Source: Chiloscyllium plagiosum | Taxonomy: Eukaryota | Assembly (NCBI RefSeq): GCF_004010195.1 | Contig: NC_057720.1 | Span: 9,217,164-9,281,163 of the forward strand | Reading direction: 5' to 3' | DNA length: 64,000 nt | Shown: positions 47,890-60,702 of the stretch, in pieces | Position numbering within the stretch: position 1 is the stretch's first letter | Layout: every line of letters starts with the position of its first letter | Made by a program: the position numbers and the translations under genes | The notes under the pieces: generated by a model | What the model saw: the letters and a program-made list of their open reading frames with translations, nothing else | The model's database searches: none | Told to the model about the DNA's origin: nothing

Positions 47890-50800
47890 TAACTGTAAGA
47901 TCTGTTCCTTTATTGAGGTATTTTGGGTGTTGGAGGTGATTTCCTTGAATTCCAGGAGGAGCAATTCCTGTTTTATATTCTGTTGCATTATTTTGGAACT
48001 TTGGGGGGGAAAAAGATCAAAACAATGGCACTTTAAAAAGGAGGAAGACAGACAAAGGCAGTGATCACATGGTCAGGGAAAGAAACCTACATGGCTGTTT
48101 GACACAGCAGTGAATCTGCACAGCGTCTACCATTGCTGTTTGAGTTCAAGTATCGTTGGACATCAGAGTGCATCGAGGAAAAATTAACAAGCGACAAAAC
48201 TCACAGCTGACCTTGGAGGAACCTGTGTGGGAGAGCTCAGGCACAGGAACAGATAAGGGCATATTTTTTAAGTGTAAGCTTGCTGTAAATCTACAATAGT
48301 GAGGAGAGTGGGTTCTTTCTTGACTAAGTGTTTTTTGAGATCCATCATTTGATTGAATTGTAAAAATATAATCTATGACTACTGAGTTAGCCTGGAACAG
48401 TGTTTTTTTAGAGCAAGAAGATGGTGTTATTTTCTGGTTTTGTTGATTGTGAAGGAGGAAAGATGACCTTTAGTAGAGTGATGTACTCTTCCTGTCAGAT
48501 GTGGGAGTTTAGGGAGAGTTTCCACATTACTGATGATTACGTCAGCGGGAAATGTGTCTGGTTGTGAATCCTGTCATAGTGGTTGGAGCAGCAGTTAGGG
48601 GCAGTAAGGAATTTACAGCAGCTAGGGGGTGTGATGGATGCCAGTTATAGGAAGAGAGAAAAGCTACAGATACACTCAGGTAGATGGGTTAACTCCAGGG
48701 AAGGTAGGAGAAGGAGGCAGGTAGTGCAGGAGTCTTCTGTGGCTATCCCCATTGCAAACAAGTAATCTGTTTTGGAAAATGTAGGAGGTGATGGAATCTC
48801 AGGGGAATGTAACACAAACAACCAAGTTTCCGGTAACGAGACAGGCTCGAATGCAATGAGGGGTACGTCAGGTTCCAAGTGATCGATTTTGTTAGGGGAC
48901 TGTCTAGTCAGAGGCACAGATAGACATTTCTGCGGCCAGCAGTGAAAAATCAGAATGGTGTGTTTCCACCCTAGTGCCAGGATTAGGGAGGTCTTAGAGA
49001 GGGTGCAGAAGGTTCTAAAAGGGGAGAGGGACCAGTAGGAGTTCAACGTACACATTGGAACTAATGACAAAGGAAGGGAAAAGGATAAGATCCTGAAGAG
49101 AGATAACAGAGAGTGAGGCAGGAATTTAAAAAGGATTTCCTTGAGAGTAGTAGTATCTGGATTACTCCTGGTGCTGTAAGCTAGTGAGGGCAGAAACAGG
49201 AGGATAGAGCTGATGAATGTGTAGCAGAGGAACTGGTACATGGGAGAAGGTTTTACATTTTTGGATCATTGGACTTTCTTCTGGGGTAGAAGTGACCTGT
49301 GCAAGAAGGATTGATTGCACCTAAATTGGAAGGGAGCTAATGTACTGATAGGAAGATTTGCAAAAGCTGCTCAGGAGCATTTAAACTAGTAAGGGGGGGG
49401 GCGGGGGAAACGACCCAGGGAGATAATGAGGAAAGAGATCAATCTGAGACTGGTACAGTTGGGAAAAGGAGCGAGTCAAACAGTCAGGACGGGCAGGGAC
49501 AAAGCAGAGAATAAGGTAGGACTGATAAATTAAACTGCATTTATTTCAGTGCAAGGGGCCGAACAGGGAAGGCAGATGAGCTCAGGGCATGGTTAGGAAC
49601 ATGGGACTGGGATATCATAACAATTACAGAAATGTGGCTCAGGGATGGGCAGGACTGGCAGCTTAATGTTCCAGGATACAAATGCTACAGGAATGAAGAA
49701 AGGGAGGCAAGAGAGGAGGGGGAGTGGTGTTTTTGATAAAGGATAGCGTTACAGCTGTGCTGAGGGAGGATATTCCTGGGAATACATCAAGGGAAGTTAT
49801 TTGGGTGTGACTGAGAAATAAGAAGGGGATGAACATCTTATTAGGATTGTATTATAGACCCCCCAATAGTCAGAGGGAAGTTGAGAAACAAACTTGTAAA
49901 GAGATCTCAGTTAGCTCTAAGGATAATAGGGTGGTTATGGTCGGGGAGTTTAAATTTCCAAACATAGACTGGGACTGCCATAGTGTTAAGGGATTAGATG
50001 GAGAGGAATTTATTAAGTGTATACAAGAACATTTCCTGATTCAGTATATGGATGTACCTAGTAGAGAAGGTGCAAAACTTGACCCACTCTTGGGAAATAA
50101 GGCAGGGCAGGTGACTGAGGTGTCAGAGCAACCATAATTCTATGAGTTTTTAAATCGTTATGGAAAAGGATAGACTGAATCTAAAAGTTGTTGTAAGTTG
50201 GAGCAAGGCCAATTTTGATGGTATTAGGCAAGAACGTTCAAACTTGATTGGAGCAGATGTTAACAGATAAAGGGCAGCTGGAAAATGGAAAGCCTTCAGA
50301 AGTGAGATAATGAGAGTCCAGAGACAGTATATTCCTGTCAGGATGAAAGGGAAGGCTGGTAGGTATAGGGAATGCTGGATGACTAAAGAAATTGGGGGTT
50401 TGGTTAAGAAAAACAAGGAAGCATATGTCAGGTATAGACAGGATAGATCGAGTGAATCCTTAGAAGGGTATAAAGGCAGTAAGAGTATACTTAAAAGGGA
50501 AATCAGGAGGGCAAAAAGTGGGCATGAGATAACTTTGGCAAATAGGGTTAAGGAGAATCCAAAGGGATTCTATAAATACATTAAGGACAAAAGGGTAACT
50601 AGGGAGAGAATAGGACCCCTCAAAGATTAGCAGGACAGCCTATGTGTGGAACCACAGGAGATGGGGGAAATACTAAAAGAGTATCTTGTATCAGTGTTTG
50701 CTGTGGAGAAGGACATGGAAGATATAGAATGTAGGGAGATAAATGGTGACGTCTTTAAAAATGGCCATATCACAGAGGAGGAAGTGCTGGATGTCTTAAA

Positions 50801-51610
50801 ATGCACTAAAGTGGACAAATCCCCAGGACGTGATCAGGTGTACCCGAGAACTTTGTGGGAAGCTACTGAAGTGATTGCTGGGCCCCTTGCCTGAGACATT
50901 TGTATCAGTGATAGTCACAGGTGTAGACTGTGAGCCTGATACCCATGGCGGGCAAGTTGTTTGAGAGAATCCTGAGGGAGAGGATTTACATATATTTGGA
51001 AAAGGAAAGACCAACTAGGGATAATCAACATAGCCACAAAGATCAGTACTGGGTCCATTGCTTTTTGTCATTCATATAAATGATTTGGATATGAACATGG
51101 GAGGTATAGTTAGTAAGTTTGCAGGTAACACCAAAATTGAAGGTGTAGTGGACTGTGAAGAAGGTTACTAAATACAATACTTGATCAGGTGGGCCAATAG
51201 GCTGAGGAATGGCAATGGAGTTTAATTTAGGTAAATGTGAGATGCTGCATTTTGGGAAGGCAAATCAGAGCAGGACTTCTACACTTAACAGTAAGGTCCT
51301 GGGGAATGTTGCTGAACAAAGAATCCTTGGAGTGCAGGTTCATTGTTCCTTGAAAGTGGAATTGCAGGTACTTAAGATAATGAAGAAGGTGTTTAGTATG
51401 CTTTCCTTTATTGTCAGATCATTGAGTCCAGGAGTTTTAGGAGGTCATGTTGCAGCTGTAAAGGACATTGGTCAGGACACTTCTAGAATTTTGCGTGCAA
51501 TTCTGGTCTCCCTCCTATAGGAAGGATGTTGTGAAACTTGAAAGGGTTCAGAAAAGATTTACAAGGATGTTGCCAGGGTTGGAGGATTTGAGCTATAGGG
51601 AGAGGCTAAA
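47890..51610 (+). mobile_element. Near full-length decayed CR1/HER1 LINE: 5' UTR, ORF1 (Zn-finger plus SGNH-like), ORF2 (APE endonuclease, internally deleted RT)
   Basis: ORF1 remnants SSCQMWEFRE, LLGDCLVRGTDRHFC and HIGTND. ORF2 remnants LLGLYYRPPNS...VMVGEFKFPNIDW...REGAKLD, KENPKGFYKYIK, DKSPGRDQVYPRTL and VQFWSPSYRKDV. Many stops. The 5' boundary is uncertain. Confidence 0.9.
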
Positions 51611-52116
51611 NNNNNNNNNNNNNNNNNNNNNNNNNNNNNNNNNNNNNNNNNNNNNNNNNNNNNNNNNNNNNNNNNNNNNNNNNNNNNNNNNNNNNNNNNN
51701 NNNNNNNNNNNNNNNNNNNNNNNNNNNNNNNNNNNNNNNNNNNNNNNNNNNNNNNNNNNNNNNNNNNNNNNNNNNNNNNNNNNNNNNNNNNNNNNNNNNN
51801 NNNNNNNNNNNNNNNNNNNNNNNNNNNNNNNNNNNNNNNNNNNNNNNNNNNNNNNNNNNNNNNNNNNNNNNNNNNNNNNNNNNNNNNNNNNNNNNNNNNN
51901 NNNNNNNNNNNNNNNNNNNNNNNNNNNNNNNNNNNNNNNNNNNNNNNNNNNNNNNNNNNNNNNNNNNNNNNNNNNNNNNNNNNNNNNNNNNNNNNNNNNN
52001 NNNNNNNNNNNNNNNNNNNNNNNNNNNNNNNNNNNNNNNNNNNNNNNNNNNNNNNNNNNNNNNNNNNNNNNNNNNNNNNNNNNNNNNNNNNNNNNNNNNN
52101 NNNNNNNNNNNNNNNN
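51611..52116. other. Assembly gap (506 N)
   Basis: Run of n. Confidence 1.
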
Positions 52117-52460
52117 GGTCACCCCTCAGCCTCCGACGCTCCAGGGAAAACAGCCCCAGCCTGTTCAGCCTTTCCCTATAGCTCAAATCCTCCAACCCTG
52201 GCAACATCCTTGTAAATCTTTTCTGAATGCTTTCAAGTTTCACAACATCTTTCCGATAGGAAGGAGACCAGAATTGCACGCAATATTCCAACAGTGTCCT
52301 GACCAATGTCCTGTACAGCCGCAACATCACTTCCCAACTCCTGTACTCAATACCCTGACCAATAAAAGAAAGCATACCAAACACCTTCTTCACCACCCTG
52401 TCTACCTGCGACTCCACCTATTAGGAGCTATGAACCTGCACTCCAAGGTCTTTTTGTTCA
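52117..52460 (-). mobile_element. CR1/HER1 fragment facing the copy left of the gap
   Basis: ORF 51593-52417(-) has LYRTLVRTLLEYCVQFWSPSYRKDVVKLE...LFSLERRRLRGD. Confidence 0.9.
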
Positions 52461-53343
52461 GTTGATTCATCAGTTGGCAGAGGAGGACACAGAAGAATTG
52501 AATCACTGTTCTAAATTCTGCGAATTGTGTCAGGCTGGTACATCATTAAAAGAAGCTAGAGAAGGAGGAGACCATGCATTGTCTCACACCGGGACTGCCA
52601 TCCTTCAGTTGGATCATAGCTGTGCCATTTCTATGGATCTGCCATGGTTCCTGGACTAATACCTGGAATGACGGAGTGCCGAATGAGGAAAAGCTAGACA
52701 GACTGGCCTGTATCCTCTGGAGTTTAGAAGAGTCAGAGGTGACTTAAGTGAAACATGTCAGATCCTGAGGGGACTTGACCAGGCAGATGAGAAGGCATGG
52801 TGGCTCATTGGTTAGCACTGCTGTCTCACAGCTCTGAGGACCCAGGTTCAATACCAGCCTTGGGTAACTACCTGTGTGGTGTTTGCACGTTCTCCCTGTG
52901 TCTGTGTGAATTTCCTCTGGGTAATTTGGTTTCCTCCATGTGCAGATTTGGTGCATTGGTCATGCTACATTGCCTTGTAGTGTCCAGGGATTAGTCATGG
53001 TAAGTATGGGGATAGGGTGGAGGGCTGTGCCTGGGTGTAGTTGCTCGTCAAAGGGTCATTGCAGACTCAATGGGCTGAAAGGCCTCTTTCCACACTGTCG
53101 TGGGTTCTTGTGGGAAAATCTGGAATTAGGAGAATCACTGTTTAAAACTGGGAGGGTCATCCATTTAAGAGAGGAAATATTTTTTTCTTCAGTGGATCTT
53201 TGAAATTCCCTTCCTCAAAAGGCAGTGGTTGGAGAATCCTTAAATATTTCGATAGAGGAGATAGATTTTTGATGACCATGTGAATGAAAGGTTATCGGGC
53301 ACTATGCAGGAATGAAGAGATGAGGTTAAAGTCAGCCAGGTTA

Positions 53344-55001
53344 TTGACTAAGTTGCAGTTACCTTACAGACTGAGAGGAGTGGGCCTCCCAGGTATCACA
53401 AACTATCAATTAAGCTCGTTGCTATCTTATGTGAATGATTGGGCCCAGGGGGACCCTCACTCACTTTGGTGGGACATCGAAGCATCTCAGGGCAGATGTG
53501 GATACTGCAGATGCTGGAGATTAGAGTCAAGATTAGAGTGGTGCTGATGAAGGGCTTTTGCCCGAAACATTGATTTTTCCTGCTCCTTGGAAGCTGCGTG
53601 GCCTGCTGTGCTTTACCAGCACCACTCCGATCTTGAAACAAAGCATCTCAGGTAAGCTGCCCCCTTATTAGCCTGCTGTTCTTAGACAAAATGAGAACAG
53701 TTAAGGAATATTGCCATAGCCCAATGGTCATCGGTACTGTCAGGCCGTGAAGAGTAATATGTCAAAGTGATGGCAATATTGCCAAAACATCACTTTTGAC
53801 ACCCATAGTTGGTATGCCAGACTTTCAGCTAGGGCTGATGGACTCTGGGTTTAAACAATGGGCAGCTAGGGGCATGTCTTGCCTGGGTGATTTATTTGAA
53901 GGGGTCATACTGATGTCCTTTGACCAGTTGGCTGGGAAAAATGAATTGCCCAGAAGGGACCTCTGTCATTTCTTTCAAATGAGAAACTTAATACAAAAAG
54001 AAACCACACTTCAAATCGATCCTTATAGGTCCGACGTGGAGAAGAGGGTGTTGAGTGCTGAGGATACATTATCTGTTAACAACACTTATCATCCATTGGG
54101 AGAAGGATCCTTGGATGGGACCGAATGGCTCTGTAAGGTATGAGAGAGGGAGTTGGACACTGAGATCTCTTCTGAAATATGGGAGGATATCTCGGAAAAT
54201 GCAAGAAGGATCTCGATTTGCGACAGCACACACGCCTTGCAATTGAAATTTCTCCACAGGGTCCATTTGGCCCCAGGCCACCTTGCCAAATCTCCAGTGT
54301 GTCCTAAATGTAAAGTGAGCATGGGCATGCTTACTCATAGTCTTCAGTCCTGCCACAGTCTGCGGGCATGCTGGAGCACTGTGGTAGGCGCAATACAGAA
54401 GGCCTTGGGGGTGGAGGTGGAGGAGGACCCGATATCTCTTCTTCTTGGCTTTGTTAATTCCTGTTCATTAAATGCACACAAAAAAAGGCTTTTCAGTATC
54501 CTCACTTCTTGTGCCAGAAAGAACATTCTGTTCGGGTGGGTATCGGGACATCCCCCGGGGCTGGTGTACTGGTATAAGCTAGTCATGGAGCACAGCCCCT
54601 TGGACTTTCTTACGAGTATGGTGCATCATAAAACTGAGAATTTCTATAAGACATGATGGCCCTTTTTGAACTGCCTGAGTACAGATTTGTCTGCCGTAAT
54701 ATTAAGAACCTTTATATAGCCATGGCAATTTTATGTAATGAATCTGGTATTGAGAGGGGAGGCACTATGAACATACGAATAAGTATAAACTTATGTGTTT
54801 GATGATTGAGGGCTATTGCTTTATTTTGCTGAGCTACATTATGACTATTATCATTGTTATTATGTTAAGACTTTTCTTTTCTAGCTTAGTTATTAGTTGA
54901 TATTCATATATGCAATTAGCATTTTGTTTGAATTGTTGTATTTGTTGTAATATTCAAAAGAAAAAAAAAGCCTCTTTTTTAAATAAAAATATATTTAAAA
55001 A
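53344..55001 (+). mobile_element. 5'-truncated L1-clade LINE (ORF2 C-terminus, 3' UTR, A-rich tail), inserted in a CR1 fragment
   Basis: KLQLP..GVGLP, FKQWAARG..LGDLF..MSFDQL, LQLKFLHRVHLAP...CPKC...LTHSLQSC (CCHC-like). TSD-like TAAAGTCrGCCAkGTTA at 53327-53343 and 55002-55018. Confidence 0.88.
53492..53640. mobile_element. PLE family A partial fold-back with hammerhead (53544-53571, +), 12-bp TSD, nested in L1
   Basis: CTGATGAAGGGCTTTTGCCCGAAACATT. AAGCATCTCAGG at 53480-53491 and 53641-53652. Confidence 0.85.
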
Positions 55002-56300
55002 TAAAGTCGGCCATGTTAAGATCAGCCCATGATCTTATAGAATGGTCAAGCTGGCTTGAAGGGCCAAATGGCCTACACTTGTTGCTTGTGTGTATGTTCA
55101 TATGTTGGTAAAGCAACATTCAGAAGTAGGACATTGGCTTTAATGGTGCAAAGCTCCTGATTCAAAGCAAGTCAAGGTCCCTGAAGCTGCTCATCATTTT
55201 GGAAACATTCTGAACTCACGCCCTTTTTAGGTTAATTCCGTCTTGTTCGCACAGACGTCCATCCTCTGTAGTTTTACTCAGCCAGCAAGGGTCTTGCATC
55301 AAACTAAACCCAAACCAGCCAAAATGCTAGACTGGAACTCACCTATTATATTCCCTGTGAAGCCTAGAGTTATGGCTGAGGGCAGATTACAGCTGAAAAA
55401 GTGTTACCACAATAAGGACCAAGCCAGTAAAGGAAGAGGTTAATAAAGAAAGCAATATTTCCCCAGTTTGAAATAAAGTTGAGTGTTGGCTCAAAATAGA
55501 AACATGCTTGAAGATAGTTGTACGCAGAGACACTGCCTATTCAATTCTCCCTGGCTGTCTGTCAGTATTAATGTGGTGAAACATTAATTAAAAAGATTAA
55601 CATTACACATCTCCAGACTGACACTTCCATTCAGAGCCTCGTTGGTGATGGGAAAATGACATCAATGGTTCCCGTTCTACACATATACAACTTGAGTTAA
55701 ATATTCATGCAGTGTCCAGTAAGTAACACGCAGACAATTAAAAGCCATACACTTACTGTGGAATTGTGTCCAACTTGTCCATTTTGAGTTTGTTTTCATT
55801 GCAGGTCAATTGTTCCCGTCAATGTGCAGTATTCAAACATAGAGTTAAGCACAGAGTACCGGGGAGAATGTTGGGGATCTGGGACTATCTCGACATTCGC
55901 AGGCTCCCTGAAGTCACACATTGAGGTTTAACCCCCATGATTGCCCCAAAATTTACAGTGGGTCCCAAAGACCGCATCATTATTAACAGTGGGTCACAGA
56001 CCTTTGTCTAAAGAGAAGTGGGTTGCATTTATGTAGCCTCTTTCCTGACCATCAGCCACCCCCTTGTAGCCAACGTAATAACTTTGAAAACACAGTTACT
56101 GTTATAATCAGAGGCACGGCAGCCAATTTGGACACAGCAAGACCTCAGCAAAAAGTTATTTCACATTTGAAACAACCCCGCAGCGTTTAGTATCCAATCA
56201 CTAAATCATTCTTTAGTTGCAGGTGAAAAGTCCCTGACACGAGACCAGCTCCCTCAGAGCCAGCTCTCAGCGTGTCAGAGTGCCTGACAATCCTCCTCTT

Positions 56301-56756
56301 TCTTTTTTTTTACAGTGAAGGGGAGATCTCCTGTTTCTTTTTTGTTTGTTTTTTTGGGTTTTTTTAGTTTTAGTTTTTTTTTCTATTAATCCCCACACTA
56401 CTGCCTAACCGCGGTAGTGCTTATTTTTTCCCCAGCACCCATGGTGTGTGTATGTGCACGTGTGAGACACAGTGAAAGACACAAAGTGCACGAATCTTTA
56501 TTCAAATTCCACCACCAGGAAGATAGGAAAACACCTGGGTGGCCAGTGATAAACACTGCCCTTCACATCAAAGGGCAGTGCTGTGTGATCAAAACAGTGA
56601 AGGGGAGGGTAGGGACTAAATCAAAATAGAGTTGGAGGGAGAAATGATGCACTCCACTCCCTGCGGCGCCCATCTCTCCCTGAACAACTCCAGGGTGTTG
56701 GTGGACACCGCGTGCTCCTTCTCCAAAGACACCCGGGCCCTAACGTAATCACGGAA
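56301..56756 (-). mobile_element. Tx1-type LINE 3' end with poly(A) tails and 14-bp TSD
   Basis: Reverse complement encodes FRDYVRARVSLEKEHAVSTNTLELFRERW / APQGVECIISPSNSILI*. ACAATCCTCCTCTT at 56287-56300 and 56757-56770. Confidence 0.8.
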
Positions 56757-59344
56757 ACAATCCTCCTCTTATCTGTCAGCCAGGGCTTCCTGATTTGACG
56801 AGATTAACAGCCCCAATCAGGGAACTCATATTCTATGAGGTCCATCTGGCTGACCTCATTACAATCACTGCATCCCTCCCGCTCTGAGTCCGAAGACATA
56901 GGCTTCTGTAGCTTCTTCTGTAGCTCCACCTGGGGCGTTTTAGTACTGGGTGAGGTTCTCCCAACTCTGCCTGTGATACAGGTGGTGTGAAACACACAGT
57001 AACTCACCTCTCGTACCCGGAGCACCTTGGAAAACATTCATTCTCTTCTGGCAGCAAAGGAATCGATGTGGTGCTATCCATCAAGTCCATCTCAGATTCA
57101 TAAACCTCTTCAATGCTTGACGGAGAGGGAGAATCAGTAGGTTCCAACAGCCTTTCTGAACGTTCTGAGGAGCTGGGTAGCTTTTACTCCCTCACTGTTC
57201 GGGAATTTGTGACTTTTATATGGTCGACCATCTTGTTCAGGAGCATCACACTGACCCGAACTTCATGCTTCACTCATCCTGACCTTGTGTAAACCATGCC
57301 TCTTACCCATGCAAGCCCATTTCCGTGGTTCCCACACTAAACGTAATCTCCTGAAGTAAACTGCCTCCCTTGCTTAGCAGTGTCAGTGGTTCAACCCTAG
57401 TGTTCCTGATGCCATTTCTCCCTCCTCCCAAATGTCTGAGAAGATCAGATGTAACCTGGTGCAGTCATCTCCCCATTAGCGACTCTGCTGGAGCTATCCC
57501 TGTGGTTGCATGAGGAGATGGTGCTAAAATCAATAGAAACCTGGACAGTTTGGTATCAAGTGAAGCTGGATGCTGTTTCTTTAAGCCTGCTCTCAAAGGT
57601 AGGACTGCTCTTTGTGCCAGCTCATTGGATGATAAATGGAATGGGGCTAACCTTATATGACAAATACCATTCAACTTCAGGAAATACTCAAGTTCCCTCT
57701 TGTTAAATGATGGCCTGTTGTCTGTGACTAATACTTCCTGGAGCCTCTGTATTGCAAAAGGTGCTCGCAATTTTTCTATTGTCTTGCCCATATTTGACGA
57801 ATGAACTTTATGTACATCCAGCCATTTTGAGTGAGCATCCACAATGACCAAGAACATTGAGCCCATGAAAGGAGCTGCATAGCTGCCATGTAACCGAGCC
57901 CAGAGTTTACCCGGCCATTCCCACCAATGTGGGGGAGCTGCTGGCAGTAATCTCTGTCCTTGTTGGCACTCCAGACAATGCCCCACCAACACAGCCATGT
58001 TGGCATTCAATCTCAGCCACCAGAGATACCTTCTCACCAACATCTTCATTTTGGAAACCCATAGATGACCCTGGTGGAGTTCAGCCAGTATCTGGCAGTG
58101 ACCTTTGCTCGGGACAATCACTCTTGCTCCCTATAATAAAATGCTATCCTCTACTGTGATGTGGTCTCTCAGGGTCGAAAAAGGTTTGGATTCTGGCTTT
58201 GACGTCCCTCTGGTTTCCACCATCACCACTAGTTGCTTCTTTTTGCCAAGATCAGATTTTTCTGTGTTCAAAGACTGATATTATCAGCTGTGACTGGGTG
58301 TGTGTCTAGAAAATTTCAAACCATTATGGACTCTTCCAGTGGTGTATCTGCCAGCTGGAGGTGGCTCAATACATGTGCATTTGCTACTTGGTCTCCAGGA
58401 TGAGGAGGGGTGGGGGATGCATTGTTCCATATTGTAATTATACGCACTGAGTATTAGAACCCACTGCTGAATTTGGCTTGAAGTTATGGGCGACACTGCC
58501 CTAACCTCTTCAAGTCCTTGCCCTAGCAGGTGTTTCTTGCTCATTATTATTACAAATTTGCATCAATAAAGGTATTGGTGAAACTTCCTGACTCCAAATA
58601 CAACTGCCAAACCTTCCTTCTCTATCTGGGCTTACTTGCCTGAATGCATACTCTATTGGTATTCCTCTCCATTGGGTCCCCTCTGAGCTAATATTACCCC
58701 GATGCTGTACGGGGAAGCATCGTGTGTCAATAGTAGATCTCGCTTGGAATCATCGCGTGCTAACACCTGAGAAGATGACAGCTGTTTCTTTACTTGGTGA
58801 TGCAACTATTTCCAAGGCAGGTTGGTTTTTAGGAGTTGATGCAAAGGTACCAGGATGGAAGCTAGGTTATGTATGCACATTCTGTAATAAATCACCAGCT
58901 CAAGGAAAGACCAGGAGAGATGTGGAAGCCGGGGTACCTTTGATCACCCTCTTATTATCTTTCAATGGTTGTAACTCGGTCTTCCCTACTCTGTAACCCA
59001 AGTAGGTCACTTGGGGTGCCTGGAACACACGTGTTTTCCTTCTTAGGCAATATGTCCACCTGGGACAAATGTCTGAAGACTATGTCCACGCTCCCTAAGT
59101 GCTACTCATTGGTTTCCCTGTTATTGGTACATCATCTAGATGAATAGTAACCTGGGGTAGACCTAGTAAAATGTTAACCATCATCCACTGGAACATTGCA
59201 TAGGCTGACAATGCCCCAGATGGAGGTCTCGTATGTTAGTACAAACCCCTATGGGTATTGCAGCATTCCTCTGGGAATCTTCATCTAACTGTAACTGCAA
59301 TTGGCTCATGTCCAGCTTGGTGAAGGACAGCCCCATATCAGATT

Positions 59345-59660
59345 TACTTTTAGATTAGATTACTTACAGTATGGAAACAGGCCCTTCAGCCCAACAAGTC
59401 CACACCGACCCTCCGAAGCGCAACCCACCCAGACCCATTCCCCTGCATTTATCCCTTCACCTAACACTACGGGCAATTTAGCATGGCCAATTCACCTAAC
59501 CTGCACATTTTTGGACTGTGGGAGGAAACTGGAGCACCCGGAGGAAACCCACGCAGACACGGGGAGAATGTGCAAACTCCACACAGACAGTTGCCTGAGG
59601 CGGGAATTGGACCCGGGTCTCTGGCGCTGTGAGGCAGCAGTGCTAACTACTGTGCCACCC
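59345..59660 (-). mobile_element. HE1-type SINE inserted in the Gypsy RT region
   Basis: TAGATTAGATTACTTACAG tail to GTGCTAACTACTGTGCCACC head. Confidence 0.92.
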
Positions 59661-59829
59661 ATGAATCATCTGTGTGAGGGATTGGGTTTATATCCAGCTG
59701 TGAGAAATGGTTTACTGTTTGTTTAAAATAATTCCTCCGCAACCATCCAAGTCAGCACCAAGATGGCCAAGGGTAGAACTTTCATGTTTAAGTTGAGCGA
59801 TCAAGTGTGGACCAACACCATAGACTTAG

Positions 59830-60335
59830 AGAATCATACAGCCATAGAGATGTACAACACGGAAACAGACCTTTCAGACCCAACTTGTCCATGCCAACCC
59901 GAGACCTTAAATTAATCTAGTCCAATTTTCCAGCATTTGGCCCATATCCCTCTAAACCCTTCCCATTCATATACCCATCCAGATGCCTCTACCACTTCCG
60001 GTGGCAGCTCATTCCATACACGCACCACCCTCTGTGTGAAATGTTTGCCCCTTAGATCCCTTTGAAATCTTTCCCCTCTAACCCTAAACCTATGCCCTCT
60101 AGTTCTGGACTCCCCCACACCAGGAAAGACACTTTGTCTATTTAACCTATCCATGCCCCTTATGATTTTATAAACCTCTATAAGGTCACCCCTCAGTCTC
60201 TGACGCTCCAGGGAAAACAGCCCCCGCCTATTCAACCTCTCCCTATTGCTCAAGCCCTCCAACCTTGGCAACATCCTTGCAAACCTTTTCTGAACCGTTT
60301 AAAGTTTCACAACATCCTTCCTATAGGAGGAGACC
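59830..60335 (-). mobile_element. CR1/HER1 3' fragment
   Basis: ORF 59912-60274(-) has LFSLERQRLRGDLIEVYKII...FTQRVVRVWNELP. Confidence 0.92.
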
Positions 60336-60344
60336 TGAAGAAAA

Positions 60345-60500
60345 TGCAAAGCTTCGCATGTACAAGGTTTGCAAAATCAGCATCCTCGTTTCCAGTCACG
60401 AGGCGTGGGCAACTTTCATGCAAGCCATGAAAAACAGCTGAACACGTTCCACCCCCGCTGCCTCAGAAAAAAAAATCAGTACCTTCTGACAGGATAATGT
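60345..60500 (+). mobile_element. RTE-like LINE fragment
   Basis: Encodes ..HEAWAT../SHEKQLNTFHPRCLRK, resembling the RTE 'LNxFHxRCLRxIL' motif. Confidence 0.55.
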
Positions 60501-60530
60501 ATGAATAGAAAAGTAGACTATGTAATGGAC

Positions 60531-60702
60531 CAGAGTCAAGATTAGAGTGGTGCTGGAAAAGCACAGCAGGTCAGGCTGCATCCGAGGAGCAGGAACATCG
60601 ATTTTCCTGCTCCTCGGATGCTGCCTGACCTGCTGTGCTTTTCCAGCACCACTCTAATCTTGACTCTAATCTCCAGCATCCGCAGTACCCACTTCCACCC
60701 TG
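60531..60702. mobile_element. PLE family A near-perfect hairpin (68-bp arms, no spacer), 10-bp TSD
   Basis: 60532-60599 versus 60600-60667 shows 2 mismatches. TGTAATGGAC at 60521-60530 and 60703-60712. Confidence 0.92.

Larger units (their letters stand above)
56155..59830 (-). mobile_element. Decayed Gypsy-type LTR retrotransposon: RT, RNase H, integrase, PPT and probable 3' LTR (about 56155-56871)
   Basis: ORF 57465-58121(-) has LAELHQGH...YLWW...CLECQ...WEWPGKLWARLH..YAAPFMGSMFLVIVDAHSKW...LVTDN...APFHLSSNELAQRAV. RT motif VTIHLDDV at about 59125-59152. GGGAGGGA purine tract precedes the LTR. The LTR far end is uncertain. Confidence 0.85.

Noticed and set aside
48645..49241. 198-aa minus-strand ORF
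   Set aside because: It is antisense to the CR1 ORF1 remnant, with no recognisable protein features.
51468..52417. ORFs of 187-274 aa spanning the gap
   Set aside because: Their length comes from N characters. The real parts are CR1 ORF2.
57465..58121. 218-aa integrase ORF as a possible domesticated gene
   Set aside because: The first catalytic Asp and the Glu positions appear mutated, and the neighbouring RT and RNase H are frameshifted. This fits a decayed Gypsy element.
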